From: Candidatus Micrarchaeota archaeon
GTDB taxonomy: Archaea > B1Sed10-29 > JAJRYS01
Assembly: GCA_964643685.1 (NCBI GenBank)
Contig: CAZXTN010000003.1
Location: 10,462-74,461 of the forward strand
DNA: 64,000 nt
Reading direction: 5' to 3'
The notes beneath the pieces are model-generated. The model ran no database searches, was not told where the DNA came from, and saw nothing but the letters and a program-made list of their open reading frames with translations. This document shows positions 28,690 through 38,027 of this stretch, one piece after another; the first letter of the stretch is position 1, and the number at the start of each line of letters is the position of its first letter. The translations under genes and the position numbers were made by a program.

Positions 28690-29625
28690 TTAATTTTTTA
28701 ACTGCTCTTCAATCCTTTTTATTTTTTCAATTAATTCTCTTCTTTTACTGCTTAATTCCTTTGCTTTTCCTTCATACTCCTTTAATGCTTTTTCAACTTC
28801 TTCCTTGTTTCTTAAAAACCTTTTCGTGCCTTTTAATGGGAAATGGCTGTTGAAGATTTTATGAAGCTCTTTTATTTTTCCTGAAGTTCTTTTATTCTTT
28901 TCAACAATACTCCTCATTAGATTTAAATCTGTTTCAGCTTGCTTTGCTTTCTCAGTATAATTTTTAGAAGCAATTTGCTTTTCAAGTTCTTTTAATTGAG
29001 TTTCCAAAACCTGCTTTTCTTTTATTAATTTTTCAGCTTGTTCAGGAGACAAAAGTTGCTTAGACCCTATGCCCTGCTTCAATTTCTTGCTTCTTTCTTT
29101 TCTGATTTTCTTCTCTTTTCTAATTCCTCTTGAGACAGAAGGATGAAAACGATGAAAAATAGACTTATCTTCAACTTCTTTTCCTGTCACTTGCTTTTTT
29201 GCTTTTTCAAGTTGCTGTTCATTTTTTTCAATTTCATTTTGAACTTCTTTTTTAAGAGCTTTTACAGCTTCAAGCATGGGGGAATAGCCAATTTTTCTTA
29301 CTGCTGCTGGATTTTCCTTTGCTCTTTTTTTAATTGCTTTAATGTAATTTTCAGAAATCCCTGCTAAACGAGCTTTTAAAACAAGATTGTTAAGTTCTTT
29401 ATCAGATAAGGGAGAGGAGTCAGCAATATCCTCTCTTAATTTTTCTTCCTCTTCATTTAAGTATTGCCTTTTCTCCCATGGAAGAAGAGAGTTCATGTCC
29501 TCTATTAATTCATTAGAATAATTGTTTAAAATAAATTTTTTAGTGAGCCTTTCACGCGATTTCAAATTAGAAGAAGCATAACCAGAAGCAGGTCCGGAAG
29601 TATATCTCCTTGTTTTTCGCCCCAT
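28690..29625 (-). CDS. K/E-rich coiled-coil hypothetical protein
   Basis: 311 aa, a basic N-terminus (MGRKTRRY), then long charged heptad-like stretches. Confidence 0.45.
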   Translation of the reverse strand: MGRKTRRYTSGPASGYASSNLKSRERLTKKFILNNYSNELIEDMNSLLPWEKRQYLNEEEEKLREDIADSSPLSDKELNNLVLKARLAGISENYIKAIKKRAKENPAAVRKIGYSPMLEAVKALKKEVQNEIEKNEQQLEKAKKQVTGKEVEDKSIFHRFHPSVSRGIRKEKKIRKERSKKLKQGIGSKQLLSPEQAEKLIKEKQVLETQLKELEKQIASKNYTEKAKQAETDLNLMRSIVEKNKRTSGKIKELHKIFNSHFPLKGTKRFLRNKEEVEKALKEYEGKAKELSSKRRELIEKIKRIEEQLKN

Positions 29626-29651
29626 AAAAAATCACTCTTAATAAAAATTAA

Positions 29652-30506
29652 TTAAATTTCTTCATTTAAAAATCTTTGAATGTCTCTTAACAACCTTGCA
29701 GTACCCTTATTTTTAGGGTCCTTCAATGAACGATACCTTGTTAAGTTTTTATCTATAAACTCTTCTGAAGTCAAAAACTTTTTAATCTCTTTTGAAGAAG
29801 CATTTTTAGGCAAAGCAAAAGTTTCAACAATCACATTCTTTATTAACCTATTTTCAACAGCAGTGTCAAGCAAAGGGCTGGCTTTCTTAACCGCTTGCTT
29901 TTTTTTCATCTCTGCTTTTGTTAAAGGGTTTTCAAAACTTCTTTTCTGAACCCCTTGATTTGAATCAGAAGCCTTGCTTCTTTTCATCCACTGCAAGACT
30001 TTTTCTTTCCTTGAAGCCAAACGCTCTGTCAGCCTAGGCTGCAAATCCTCTTCAGAAAGACTACCCTTGACAGGAGTGACTCTTTCAGAAGCTTCAAGAG
30101 CCTGTTTTTCAAACCTTATCTGAGAACTGAGAAAATTACGAAACTTTTCAGCTTCTTCTGCAGCTGCTTTATTGAAAAGCTTAAAAGCTCTTTTCATCTC
30201 CTGCTTCTCTTCTCTTGTTGCCCCTTGCATGTCAGCTTGAAAAAGTCCTCTTAAATCAAAAGCTGTTTTGTAATCCTTTCTTAGTTCTTCAAGCCTTCTC
30301 ACTCTTTCTTCAACAGGCAAGTTTTCAATTTCCTTCAAAATCTCATTCTGCAAGTTCTTTCTTTCTTCTTTGGAAACGGCCTTCGATTCCTCATAAAAAG
30401 CATTCTTCCCTCTTTTTATAACTTCGCCTGTAACAGGATCTCTTTTAACTGGTTTTGGATATTTTTTATGGGTTATTTCTGAAACTCTTACTCCTCTTCT
30501 AGTCAT
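29652..30506 (-). CDS. K/E-rich hypothetical protein
   Basis: 284 aa with a basic N-terminus (MTRRGVRV); charged, low complexity. Confidence 0.45.
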   Translation of the reverse strand: MTRRGVRVSEITHKKYPKPVKRDPVTGEVIKRGKNAFYEESKAVSKEERKNLQNEILKEIENLPVEERVRRLEELRKDYKTAFDLRGLFQADMQGATREEKQEMKRAFKLFNKAAAEEAEKFRNFLSSQIRFEKQALEASERVTPVKGSLSEEDLQPRLTERLASRKEKVLQWMKRSKASDSNQGVQKRSFENPLTKAEMKKKQAVKKASPLLDTAVENRLIKNVIVETFALPKNASSKEIKKFLTSEEFIDKNLTRYRSLKDPKNKGTARLLRDIQRFLNEEI

Positions 30507-30621
30507 AAATTAATTATGAAAAAACAGGTATAAAAAACCAATTCAGTTGCTTGCAAAAAATATGCGTAAAAAGTCATGTTTAAGATAGTTTAATAAACAA
30601 AACAGGATATAAGAAAAAATA

Positions 30622-31389
30622 ATGGTAAAAAGAAGAAAAGATATAACAAGATTTAAAGAAAGTAAAGAACTAGAAAACAAATTCATAAAATTAATTAAAA
30701 GAGGAAAAATAACAGAAGAAGACTTGAGTATAATAAAAGCAATTTTTGACAAAAGCAAAAATGAAGATTATAAAGCAAGCCAAGAAAGGAGAAGAAGGGC
30801 AGTAGATGAAGCAGAATTAAGAGCACAGAAAGAAGAAGTGCCTCTTGAAACAAGGAGAGTATTACTAGAATCTGCATTCAAAGGTGAAAAAATAATAGAA
30901 GCTTCAAGGCAATTAAAAGAAAAGCAGAAAGAGATAGCAGAAAGAGTAAAGGAAACACCCGAAGAAAAAAGAGAAGAGCAACTTAGAAGAGAACTAGCAG
31001 AAATAAGACAAGCTAAAAAGAAAGCAAGAGAAGAAGAAGAGTACTTAATATACTCTGAATTAGAAAAGGATGTTGAAAAAGCCTTGAAAATGGCAAAAAG
31101 ATTAAACAAAGAAGAAAAACAAGTTGAAGTAAAACCAGAGCAAAAAGAAGCTGAAAAAATCAGGAAAAGATATTTCAAAACATCAGGTTATTTAGATGAT
31201 GACATGAGAGCAATAAAAACAATGAATGCAATGAGAAAAGTAGCTGAAAAAACAAAAAAAATAACACCTGAAATAGCTAAAGTTATTAAAAAAGAAGCTG
31301 AGAAAGCAGGAATAAGCACTAATCTTTTATTAGCAGTAATAAAAGAAAAAAGACAGTTAACTAAAGAAGAAGAGGAGCTTCTAAAATAA
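30622..31389 (+). CDS. K/E/R-rich coiled-coil hypothetical protein
   Basis: 255 aa, over 50% charged residues. Confidence 0.45.
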   Translation: MVKRRKDITRFKESKELENKFIKLIKRGKITEEDLSIIKAIFDKSKNEDYKASQERRRRAVDEAELRAQKEEVPLETRRVLLESAFKGEKIIEASRQLKEKQKEIAERVKETPEEKREEQLRRELAEIRQAKKKAREEEEYLIYSELEKDVEKALKMAKRLNKEEKQVEVKPEQKEAEKIRKRYFKTSGYLDDDMRAIKTMNAMRKVAEKTKKITPEIAKVIKKEAEKAGISTNLLLAVIKEKRQLTKEEEELLK

Positions 31390-31456
31390 AAAGAAACAAA
31401 AACAACTTCGATTTCTTAACCTAAATTTTTATATTAAAAAAACGCGTTTGTTTCTT

Positions 31457-33088
31457 ATGCCTCAAAAATTCATTTTCATAACAGGAGGAGTAATGTCAGG
31501 ACTTGGAAAAGGCATTACAACTAGTTCTATAGGCAGGCTGTTGATGAGCAAAGGCTACACAGTAACAGCAATGAAAATAGACCCATACATAAACATAGAC
31601 GCAGGCACAATGCGCCCAACAGAACACGGCGAAGTCTTCGTAACAAAAGACGGAGGAGAAATAGACCAAGACCTAGGCAACTACGAGCGATTCCTAGGAG
31701 TAGAACTTACAAAAGAAAGCAACCTCACAACAGGAAAAGTATACAAAAAAGTAATTGAAAAAGAAAGAAACGGCGATTACCTTGGAAAAACAGTGCAGCC
31801 AATACCACACATAACAAACGAAATAAAAAAAACAATCAAAAAAAACGCAGGAAACAAAGACATCCTATTAATTGAAATAGGAGGAACAGTAGGAGACTAC
31901 GAAAACGTATTATTCCTAGAAGCAGCAAGGCAAATGAAACTAGAGCAAGGAAACGAAAACATTGCATACGTGCACGTAACACTGCTGCCAAAACCACCTT
32001 CCCTAGGCGAAGCCAAAACAAAGCCAACACAACACTCAGTTAAAATGCTAAACCAAATGGGAATACAGCCAGACTTCCTCGTATGCAGGACAACAAACGG
32101 AGGACTGGACGAGATAAGAAAAGAGAAATTATCGCTGTTCTGCAACATTCCAAAACAAAACATAATAGACAACCCAGACGTAAAAACAATATACGAAGTC
32201 CCATTATTATTTGACAAGCAAAACTTCGGGGAAAAAATACTCGAAAAACTAAACTTAAAGCCGAAAGGAAACGCGCTTTACCCATGGCAAGTGATTGTTG
32301 AAAAAATGAAAAAAGCAGACAAAGAAGTAAAAATAGGGATGGTTGGCAAATACTTAAAAACAGGAGAAGGGCAATTAATCGACTCCTACATTTCAGTAAA
32401 CGAGGCAATAAAACACGCGTGCGCTGAATTAAACGCAAAGCCGAAAATCGTCTGGATAAGCGCGAAAGAAATAGAAGAAGATGAAAAAAAATTAAGTGAG
32501 TTAAAAGAACTTGACGCAGTGATAGTTCCAGGTGGATTTGGAAAAACAGGCATAGAAGGAAAAATAAAAACAATCCAATACTGCAGAGAAAACAACATCC
32601 CTTACCTCGGCTTATGCCTAGGACTGCAACTCGCAGTCATTGAATACGCTAGAAACAAATGCGGGTTAAAAGAAGCTAATTCAACTGAATTCAATGAAAA
32701 CACTCCTTACCCAGTAATTGACTTCCTGCCAGAACAAAGAAACATAATGAAAAAAGGAGGCACAATGAGGCTCGGTGAATACACTGCAATCCTAAAAGAA
32801 AACACAGCTGTAAAAAGGTTATATGAAAAGCTAGGGAGGATAGAAAACAAAAAAGAAGCTAAAGAAAGACACAGGCACAGGTACGAAGTCAACCCAGAAT
32901 ACCATGAAACTCTCATTGAAAACGGGCTAGTGATTTCAGGAACAAGCCCTGATGGAAAATTAGTTGAATTCATAGAACTGCCAAGCCACAAGTACTTCAT
33001 AGCTACACAAGCTCATCCTGAATTCACATCCAAGCCAGGCAACCCAAACCCCTTATTTTACGGATTAATAGAAGCAGCGCTTAAATAA
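31457..33088 (+). CDS. pyrG: CTP synthase
   Basis: MPQKFIFITGGVMSGLGKG synthetase N-terminus; a C-terminal class I glutamine amidotransferase domain (GLCLGLQ, HRHRYEVN). The ORF track starts 9 nt earlier. Confidence 0.95.
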   Translation: MPQKFIFITGGVMSGLGKGITTSSIGRLLMSKGYTVTAMKIDPYINIDAGTMRPTEHGEVFVTKDGGEIDQDLGNYERFLGVELTKESNLTTGKVYKKVIEKERNGDYLGKTVQPIPHITNEIKKTIKKNAGNKDILLIEIGGTVGDYENVLFLEAARQMKLEQGNENIAYVHVTLLPKPPSLGEAKTKPTQHSVKMLNQMGIQPDFLVCRTTNGGLDEIRKEKLSLFCNIPKQNIIDNPDVKTIYEVPLLFDKQNFGEKILEKLNLKPKGNALYPWQVIVEKMKKADKEVKIGMVGKYLKTGEGQLIDSYISVNEAIKHACAELNAKPKIVWISAKEIEEDEKKLSELKELDAVIVPGGFGKTGIEGKIKTIQYCRENNIPYLGLCLGLQLAVIEYARNKCGLKEANSTEFNENTPYPVIDFLPEQRNIMKKGGTMRLGEYTAILKENTAVKRLYEKLGRIENKKEAKERHRHRYEVNPEYHETLIENGLVISGTSPDGKLVEFIELPSHKYFIATQAHPEFTSKPGNPNPLFYGLIEAALK

Positions 33089-33123
33089 AGAACAAAAAAC
33101 AATAAAAAAAATCAAGTGAGAAA

Positions 33124-33729
33124 ATGGCATTAACTGATTTTGAAAAAAAAGAAAAAAAACAAGAAGCTTACGAAGTTATAAAACTGAAAAAAATCGTGAA
33201 AGGAATAAAAGCTTCAGAAGAAACAGAAGAAAAAAGAAACAGCAACGAACTTACCTTAATTTTTAAAAAACCTGATTTTTACCTTGAAACAAAAAAAGAA
33301 AATCATTACTCAATATGGCACAAGCCGACAATAATACTTCCTTACGAAGAAAAAACAAGAGAAGAAAAACCTGACTTTGTTTTCATTGCTGAAAAAACAA
33401 AACACTTGTATACTCTGGAGAATCTTGAAAAAAAAATAAAAACTCATAAAAAGATGACTGAAAAAATGAAAAAAGAACTCAGCAAAGAACTTTTAAAAAA
33501 AATGAAAAAAATAAAACTGCTTTTATACATAAGAAAAAACTTGACTCAAAAAGAATTGACAAAAATAATCATTACAGCAAGTTACTTGAAACCAGAATAC
33601 GCGGTAATAATTCTTGAAGAAAGCATGAAACCTTCAATTAAAATCGCCATGCCTGAGCAGATAAACTGCATTGAAAATACTGGAATAAACCAGCAGAAAG
33701 CAAAAAAAGCACTAAGGCAAGTGCTTTGA
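33124..33729 (+). CDS. K-rich hypothetical protein
   Basis: 201-aa ORF, low complexity. Confidence 0.35.
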   Translation: MALTDFEKKEKKQEAYEVIKLKKIVKGIKASEETEEKRNSNELTLIFKKPDFYLETKKENHYSIWHKPTIILPYEEKTREEKPDFVFIAEKTKHLYTLENLEKKIKTHKKMTEKMKKELSKELLKKMKKIKLLLYIRKNLTQKELTKIIITASYLKPEYAVIILEESMKPSIKIAMPEQINCIENTGINQQKAKKALRQVL

Positions 33730-33762
33730 AACTAAGAAAATAGATTAGGCAACGTTAAAATG

Positions 33763-33800
33763 AAAAATTAGATTATATATTCTTTCATTCTTCTTTTGAT
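33763..33800. repeat. 38-bp perfect direct repeat (left copy) flanking element copy B; duplicates the last 11 codons plus stop of gene 33978..34661
   Basis: aaaaattagattatatattctttcattcttcttttgat is identical at 33973..34010. Confidence 0.9.
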
Positions 33801-33972
33801 CACCGAGCCGCGGGGGACTCACCGCCCCCCTCAACTCTAGGTAACTCCTGCTCCCCCTGCTGACCACATGCGCTTCGCTTAGTGCTCATTTTTAGGGAAT
33901 TCTTGAAAACTTTGAGTTTTCAAGTTTGCGAAGTTATATTTCGCATAATCTGATCTCCCTCCTTAATAATAA
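33801..33972 (-). repeat. GC-rich structured element, copy B (minus orientation), with an extra AT-rich 5' module containing a 10-bp perfect hairpin
   Basis: The reverse complement reads ATGAGCACTAAGCGAAGCGCATGTGGTCAGCAGGGGGAGCAGGAG...GGGGGGCGGTGAGTCCCCCGCGGCTCGGTG, which is 42/42 identical to copy C over its first 42 nt. The extra module contains CTTGAAAACT-caa-AGTTTTCAAG. Confidence 0.8.
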
Positions 33973-34010
33973 AAAAATTAGATTATATATTCTTTCATTC
34001 TTCTTTTGAT
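33973..34010. repeat. 38-bp perfect direct repeat (right copy); overlaps the 3' end of gene 33978..34661
   Basis: Identical to 33763..33800. Confidence 0.9.
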
Positions 34011-34661
34011 TTCGTCAAGAGGAAGAACAGTAGTTACTAATGGAATTTTTTCAACCTCTGAAATCTTAAGAGCAACCTTGTCAACTTCAGAAATGTTATG
34101 AAGCACAACCATGGTAGGCTTCAATTTAGTTACACGGATTGCAATCAAAGGGCTTCTTCCCATTGAAACATTAGTGAAAATCAAAGCCCTTTCAGTAGTG
34201 TTGCCGTAAATTTTAATAAATTCATCAGCAGGCAGTTCAAGAATAGCGCGGATAGAATCAACAATAGTAAAGCCGTAAATTTTGGTTTTTTTCAGAACTG
34301 CTTCGTTTGAAATTATTCTCCCTTCAATTGATTTTACAAAATCCTTTGACTTCATTGACTTGGAAAAATCCTCCACGTCAAAAACTTCACTTGGCTTCTG
34401 CAATTGAAGCTTTTTATAAACCCAGCCTCCTTTCTGCCTGTCAATTTCAATAATGGCATTCACAAACCTTTTAATAATGCTTGCTCCTGGACTCTTTCTC
34501 CTATTCCCTTCATAATCAGAGATAGTTGAAGGAGTTACATTTAAAAAATCAGCTAATTCAGTTTGAGAAATTCCGAAAATTTCACGCCATTTTTTCAAAG
34601 AAGAGCCAGGGTTGTCACTTAAGGTAATTTCCCCTGCAATGTCAAGCAAAATCTTGTCCAT
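33978..34661 (-). CDS. HTH (XRE-type) transcriptional regulator with C-terminal DRTGG-like domain (putative)
   Basis: N-terminal HTH LKKWREIFGISQTELADFLNVTPSTISDYE; the C-terminal ...ALIFTNVSMGRSPLIAIRVTKLKPTMVVLHNISEVDKVALKISEVEKIPLVTT resembles a DRTGG domain. Confidence 0.5.
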   Translation of the reverse strand: MDKILLDIAGEITLSDNPGSSLKKWREIFGISQTELADFLNVTPSTISDYEGNRRKSPGASIIKRFVNAIIEIDRQKGGWVYKKLQLQKPSEVFDVEDFSKSMKSKDFVKSIEGRIISNEAVLKKTKIYGFTIVDSIRAILELPADEFIKIYGNTTERALIFTNVSMGRSPLIAIRVTKLKPTMVVLHNISEVDKVALKISEVEKIPLVTTVLPLDEIKRRMKEYII

Positions 34662-35217
34662 TATCTACAATAAACGTAAAAGGGATTTAAAAAACAGTTA
34701 GTTTAAAAAGGGGGGTAGGAGAGGGGGAAAAATTGGCTCACCCAGCCAAAGAAATCCTCTTTGTATATAAAAGAAGAATTGTTGCTAATCCTCTCCAAAA
34801 AATTGGACTATTTAAAAATTTAACAAGTCAAGTATATAAAGGTTATGGTTAAATGAGCAGTTGAATTGGACAAATTTTCAATCAAATCTCATAAAATTGA
34901 ATATTTTTGTATAAGTGAAGAATGTTAAGAAATTTTATTGCAAGTTTGTCTATTTTCTAACAATAAGTTTATATATTTATTTAGTGTTGATTTTAATTAA
35001 GAACTGGAGGTGGTTTGAAATTAAACTCAAACCAGTTAGAACAATGTGAGAAGGGTTCAGGGGGAAAGGCTCACCCAGCCAATAGGGATTTTATTTGCTC
35101 CTTCCTCCCTTCTCCAACTTCACCCTTTTTTTCAGAATTTCTTGTTTTTTAAGAAAAAGGGATTAGTCTAGGTTTTTCTGCTGGATAGTGTTTTAAAGAA
35201 AAAAGAGAGAGAGGGTT

Positions 35218-35463
35218 TTAATAAGGGAAATTGACGACTACGTATCTTCCTACTGCTTTTACTTCGCTGAATGGAATGTTCAGCAAGCCGTGCTTGTCAA
35301 GGTGGTCTTTTATTTCTTTAAGTTCATGATCTGGCTTGACAATAAGGTTTGTTAAAGCGCCGTTTATTTCAAAGTAAACATCCATTACTTCCCCTAGTTC
35401 TAATCCGCTGTTGGAAACTACTTTTTTTTCAAGCAAGTGCTTTCCTAATATTGGTTTTGACAT
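35218..35463 (-). CDS. PRC-barrel domain protein
   Basis: 81 aa; G.VMDVYFEINGALTNLIVKP pattern. Confidence 0.5.
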   Translation of the reverse strand: MSKPILGKHLLEKKVVSNSGLELGEVMDVYFEINGALTNLIVKPDHELKEIKDHLDKHGLLNIPFSEVKAVGRYVVVNFPY

Positions 35464-35482
35464 TCAACAAACACCTCTTTTT

Positions 35483-35719
35483 TTAGTCGGTTATGATTAT
35501 GTCTCCGACTGCTTTTACTTTTTCAAATGGAATGAAGTTTTCTTTTATGAATTTTTTAGCTTCTGTTGCTTCTCTTCCAAGTATTGAAGTTGCTTCTGCT
35601 TTCAGTAAGAATTTTATTTGTCCTTCTTCTGGTTCTATTAAAACGTCTTTTGCAACTCCTATGAAACTGCTTTTTTGCGAGTAGATTCTTCTGCCGTAAA
35701 TATCAGTTAATTTGTTCAT
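35483..35719 (-). CDS. PRC-barrel domain protein (tandem paralog)
   Basis: 78 aa; GVAKDVLIEPEEGQIKFLL pattern; tandem with the gene at 35218..35463. Confidence 0.5.
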   Translation of the reverse strand: MNKLTDIYGRRIYSQKSSFIGVAKDVLIEPEEGQIKFLLKAEATSILGREATEAKKFIKENFIPFEKVKAVGDIIITD

Positions 35720-35854
35720 TTTGCTAATCCCCCTTTATTTCATTTCTTTTTTTAACTTAAGAAAAATAAAGGAAAGAATTGTTTTTAATTGTTTTGTTTT
35801 AAGGAATAGCGCTCAGAGAAATAAAAAAGAAGAAAGGTGAAAAAAAGTGTTTTT

Positions 35855-36220
35855 TTAATGCATTGATTTTTCAGCTTCTTCTATTGTTTTTTTGGATTCA
35901 TTCATTCTTGATTGAAGTCTTTCTGCTTGTGTTTTCAGCACATTTATTCTTGATTTGAGTTCTTCTCTTTTTTTGTTCAGTTCTTCTTTCAACTGCTTTG
36001 GCTCTTGCTCTATTAGGATAGTGCCCACTGCTTTGAATGTTTTTCCTTTTGCTTTTTCAAGTTCCATTAAAGCAACGTCTGTTTGAGCAAGGTCTATTTC
36101 AAGTCTTTGCAGTTGAGAGTCAACCATTTGCAATTGCCTTTGGTAATTTTGAAATTTAAGCAGTTCTTTTTGCAGTTCCTTGTTTGAAATTTGTTTATTT
36201 TCCGTCATTTTGTTTCTCAC
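35855..36220 (-). CDS. pfdB: Prefoldin beta subunit
   Basis: 121-aa coiled-coil protein (LQKELLKFQNYQRQLQMVDSQLQRLE...FKAVGTILIEQ) at the conserved position at the end of the exosome superoperon. Confidence 0.8.
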   Translation of the reverse strand: MRNKMTENKQISNKELQKELLKFQNYQRQLQMVDSQLQRLEIDLAQTDVALMELEKAKGKTFKAVGTILIEQEPKQLKEELNKKREELKSRINVLKTQAERLQSRMNESKKTIEEAEKSMH

Positions 36221-36651
36221 TCCTGTAATTTTATTTTTACAATTACTTTTTCCTTGTTTTTGAATATTATCTGGTTGTCTTGTTTTAGAATTTTATTTTC
36301 AGCTTCTTCGTCTGATGAAGTGTTGAATAGTTTTTCAAGCTCTTCTGGACAATTGATTGAATTCCATTTTTGCTTTTCTTTTGTCAAATAAACTCCTTTT
36401 ATTTTTAATTCTTCTGCCCAGTTCCAGTTTTCATTGTTTAGTGTTATAAAGCGCATGAGGTGAGGATTTCCTTGCTTGTCTGTGACAATGCATATTTTTG
36501 GGTATCCTTTGCTTCTTGCTATTTCAACAAGTTCTTCTATTCCTTTTTTTCCTCTTGTTAAGTAAATGGAATCAGGAAGCAGGTTGCTTATTTTTTTTGA
36601 GAATATTCTTGTGTTTTTCGATGGCTTCCTGCTTGTTGTAAAAAGCATCAT
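36217..36651 (-). CDS. Brix-domain (Imp4-like) ribosome biogenesis protein
   Basis: MMLFTTSRKPSKNTRIFSKKISNLL is the characteristic archaeal Brix N-terminus; conserved genomic context. Confidence 0.75.
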   Translation of the reverse strand: MMLFTTSRKPSKNTRIFSKKISNLLPDSIYLTRGKKGIEELVEIARSKGYPKICIVTDKQGNPHLMRFITLNNENWNWAEELKIKGVYLTKEKQKWNSINCPEELEKLFNTSSDEEAENKILKQDNQIIFKNKEKVIVKIKLQE

Positions 36652-36661
36652 TTTAAATCAG

Positions 36662-36790
36662 TTAATCTGTTTTTATTTTTTTAACAACAGGCGGCCTTTC
36701 TTTTATAAGTATCCTGTAGCCGCAGTGAGGGCATTTTACGACAGAGATGTCATCTATTTCAGCTCCGCATGAAAAACATTTCCAAGCCAT
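36662..36790 (-). CDS. rpoP: DNA-directed RNA polymerase subunit P (RpoP/Rpb12)
   Basis: 42-aa reverse-strand ORF MAWKCFSCGAEIDDISVVKCPHCGYRILIKERPPVVKKIKTD with a CxxC...CxxC zinc ribbon. Missing from the ORF track because it is under 60 aa. Confidence 0.8.
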   Translation of the reverse strand: MAWKCFSCGAEIDDISVVKCPHCGYRILIKERPPVVKKIKTD

Positions 36791-36870
36791 TTTATTAAAA
36801 ACCTCCATTCATAAGCTTTAAAAAAACCTTTTCCTAATTTTTTTTAATTAAGAAAAGGGGGTTTTGAGTT

Positions 36871-37146
36871 TTAAGCTACTTGTTTTAAAGTAGTTTTTTT
36901 CAAGATTCTTTCAGTCATTTTGCCAACAGCAGTTTGTGGCTTGTAAGCTCCTCCTGCTATTTCAGCGCCGCATTTTGAGCACACCCAAAGAGAGTAGCCT
37001 TTTCTTTTCAAGGCTTTTCTTCCACATTGAGGGCATTTTTGCTTTGACTTTTGCTCTTTTTCAATGTCTCTTACTATTTGCTTTAATGGAGTGCTGTACC
37101 TTGAACCGAACCTGCTTGCTGACTTCAGCTTTGTTTTCTTAACCAT
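36871..37146 (-). CDS. rpl37ae: 50S ribosomal protein L37Ae
   Basis: CPQCGRK...CSKCGAEIAGGAY zinc-ribbon r-protein, 91 aa. Confidence 0.9.
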   Translation of the reverse strand: MVKKTKLKSASRFGSRYSTPLKQIVRDIEKEQKSKQKCPQCGRKALKRKGYSLWVCSKCGAEIAGGAYKPQTAVGKMTERILKKTTLKQVA

Positions 37147-37210
37147 TTTCTTTTTTCACTTCCCTTGATTTTTCTAAGCTTGTATTTTCTTTTTTTGGGT
37201 TTTTATTCAT

Positions 37211-37999
37211 TTATATTAGTTTTCTTATCTTTTTTGTGGCTTTAACTGCTGTTTCAAACATTTGGTTTATTTCTTCAATTGTAAATGAGCCTTTGCCCAT
37301 TTTCTGAGCTGCTGACAAGTGGCCGTCATCTCTTATGGACATTACCATCATTGCATCAGAGACTTTTTCTTCTGTCAAGGAAGGGTCTAGTACAATTGAG
37401 TCTCCTATTTTTGCGAAAGTGGCTGTCATTGGCTTGTATTTAACAGGTAATTTTCCCTGCGTTTCTTCTTTAATTAGCCTTTCTTTTTCTTCGTCGTATT
37501 TTGGAAGACGAGTGTTCCATAATGCTTTTACTGCGCCGATTGTAGCTGCGTCGAAGAAGTTTCCGTCAAAATCAAGCACATGCAAGTCAATTAAGGCAGT
37601 CCATACTTTTTCGCCTTCAACTATGCACATTTTTTCAAAGTCTATTGCTCCTGATTCTCTTATTCCCCTGTCAACGACTCTTGCGAATTCAATTGATTCA
37701 GGTGAAGGTGGGCCTGAGTAATAAAGGGGTGATGCGATTGGAACTAATTCTGAGTTTGTAACCATGTTTCCTTCTTTTTCATGATCTGGATATGGTGTTC
37801 CAATGTCCATTTTTACTCCTACAAGCACTTGGGTTTCCCCTAGTTTGACTAAAGCGCTTCCTTCTGCTTTCGGAACATAACCTTCTATTATTTCAATTTT
37901 TCTGTATTCGTCGAATTTTCTTCCATCTTCTCTTTCGCCTTGTTTTAACATTCTGGTAATTGAATCTTTTTTAAGTTTTAAGATAATATTTTCATCCAT
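37211..37999 (-). CDS. rrp42: Exosome complex component Rrp42
   Basis: 262 aa RNase PH-like fold without the catalytic phosphate-binding motifs; conserved position after Rrp41. Confidence 0.8.
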   Translation of the reverse strand: MDENIILKLKKDSITRMLKQGEREDGRKFDEYRKIEIIEGYVPKAEGSALVKLGETQVLVGVKMDIGTPYPDHEKEGNMVTNSELVPIASPLYYSGPPSPESIEFARVVDRGIRESGAIDFEKMCIVEGEKVWTALIDLHVLDFDGNFFDAATIGAVKALWNTRLPKYDEEKERLIKEETQGKLPVKYKPMTATFAKIGDSIVLDPSLTEEKVSDAMMVMSIRDDGHLSAAQKMGKGSFTIEEINQMFETAVKATKKIRKLI

Positions 38000-38027
38000 T
38001 TCAAATCTCTCCTTTTTCTATTTTTTT

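Noticed and set aside
34662-35217. Definitive replication origin call
   Set aside because: No orc1/cdc6 or other initiator gene is adjacent, and the motif polarity differs from canonical ORBs. It is kept only as a low-confidence hypothesis in the findings.
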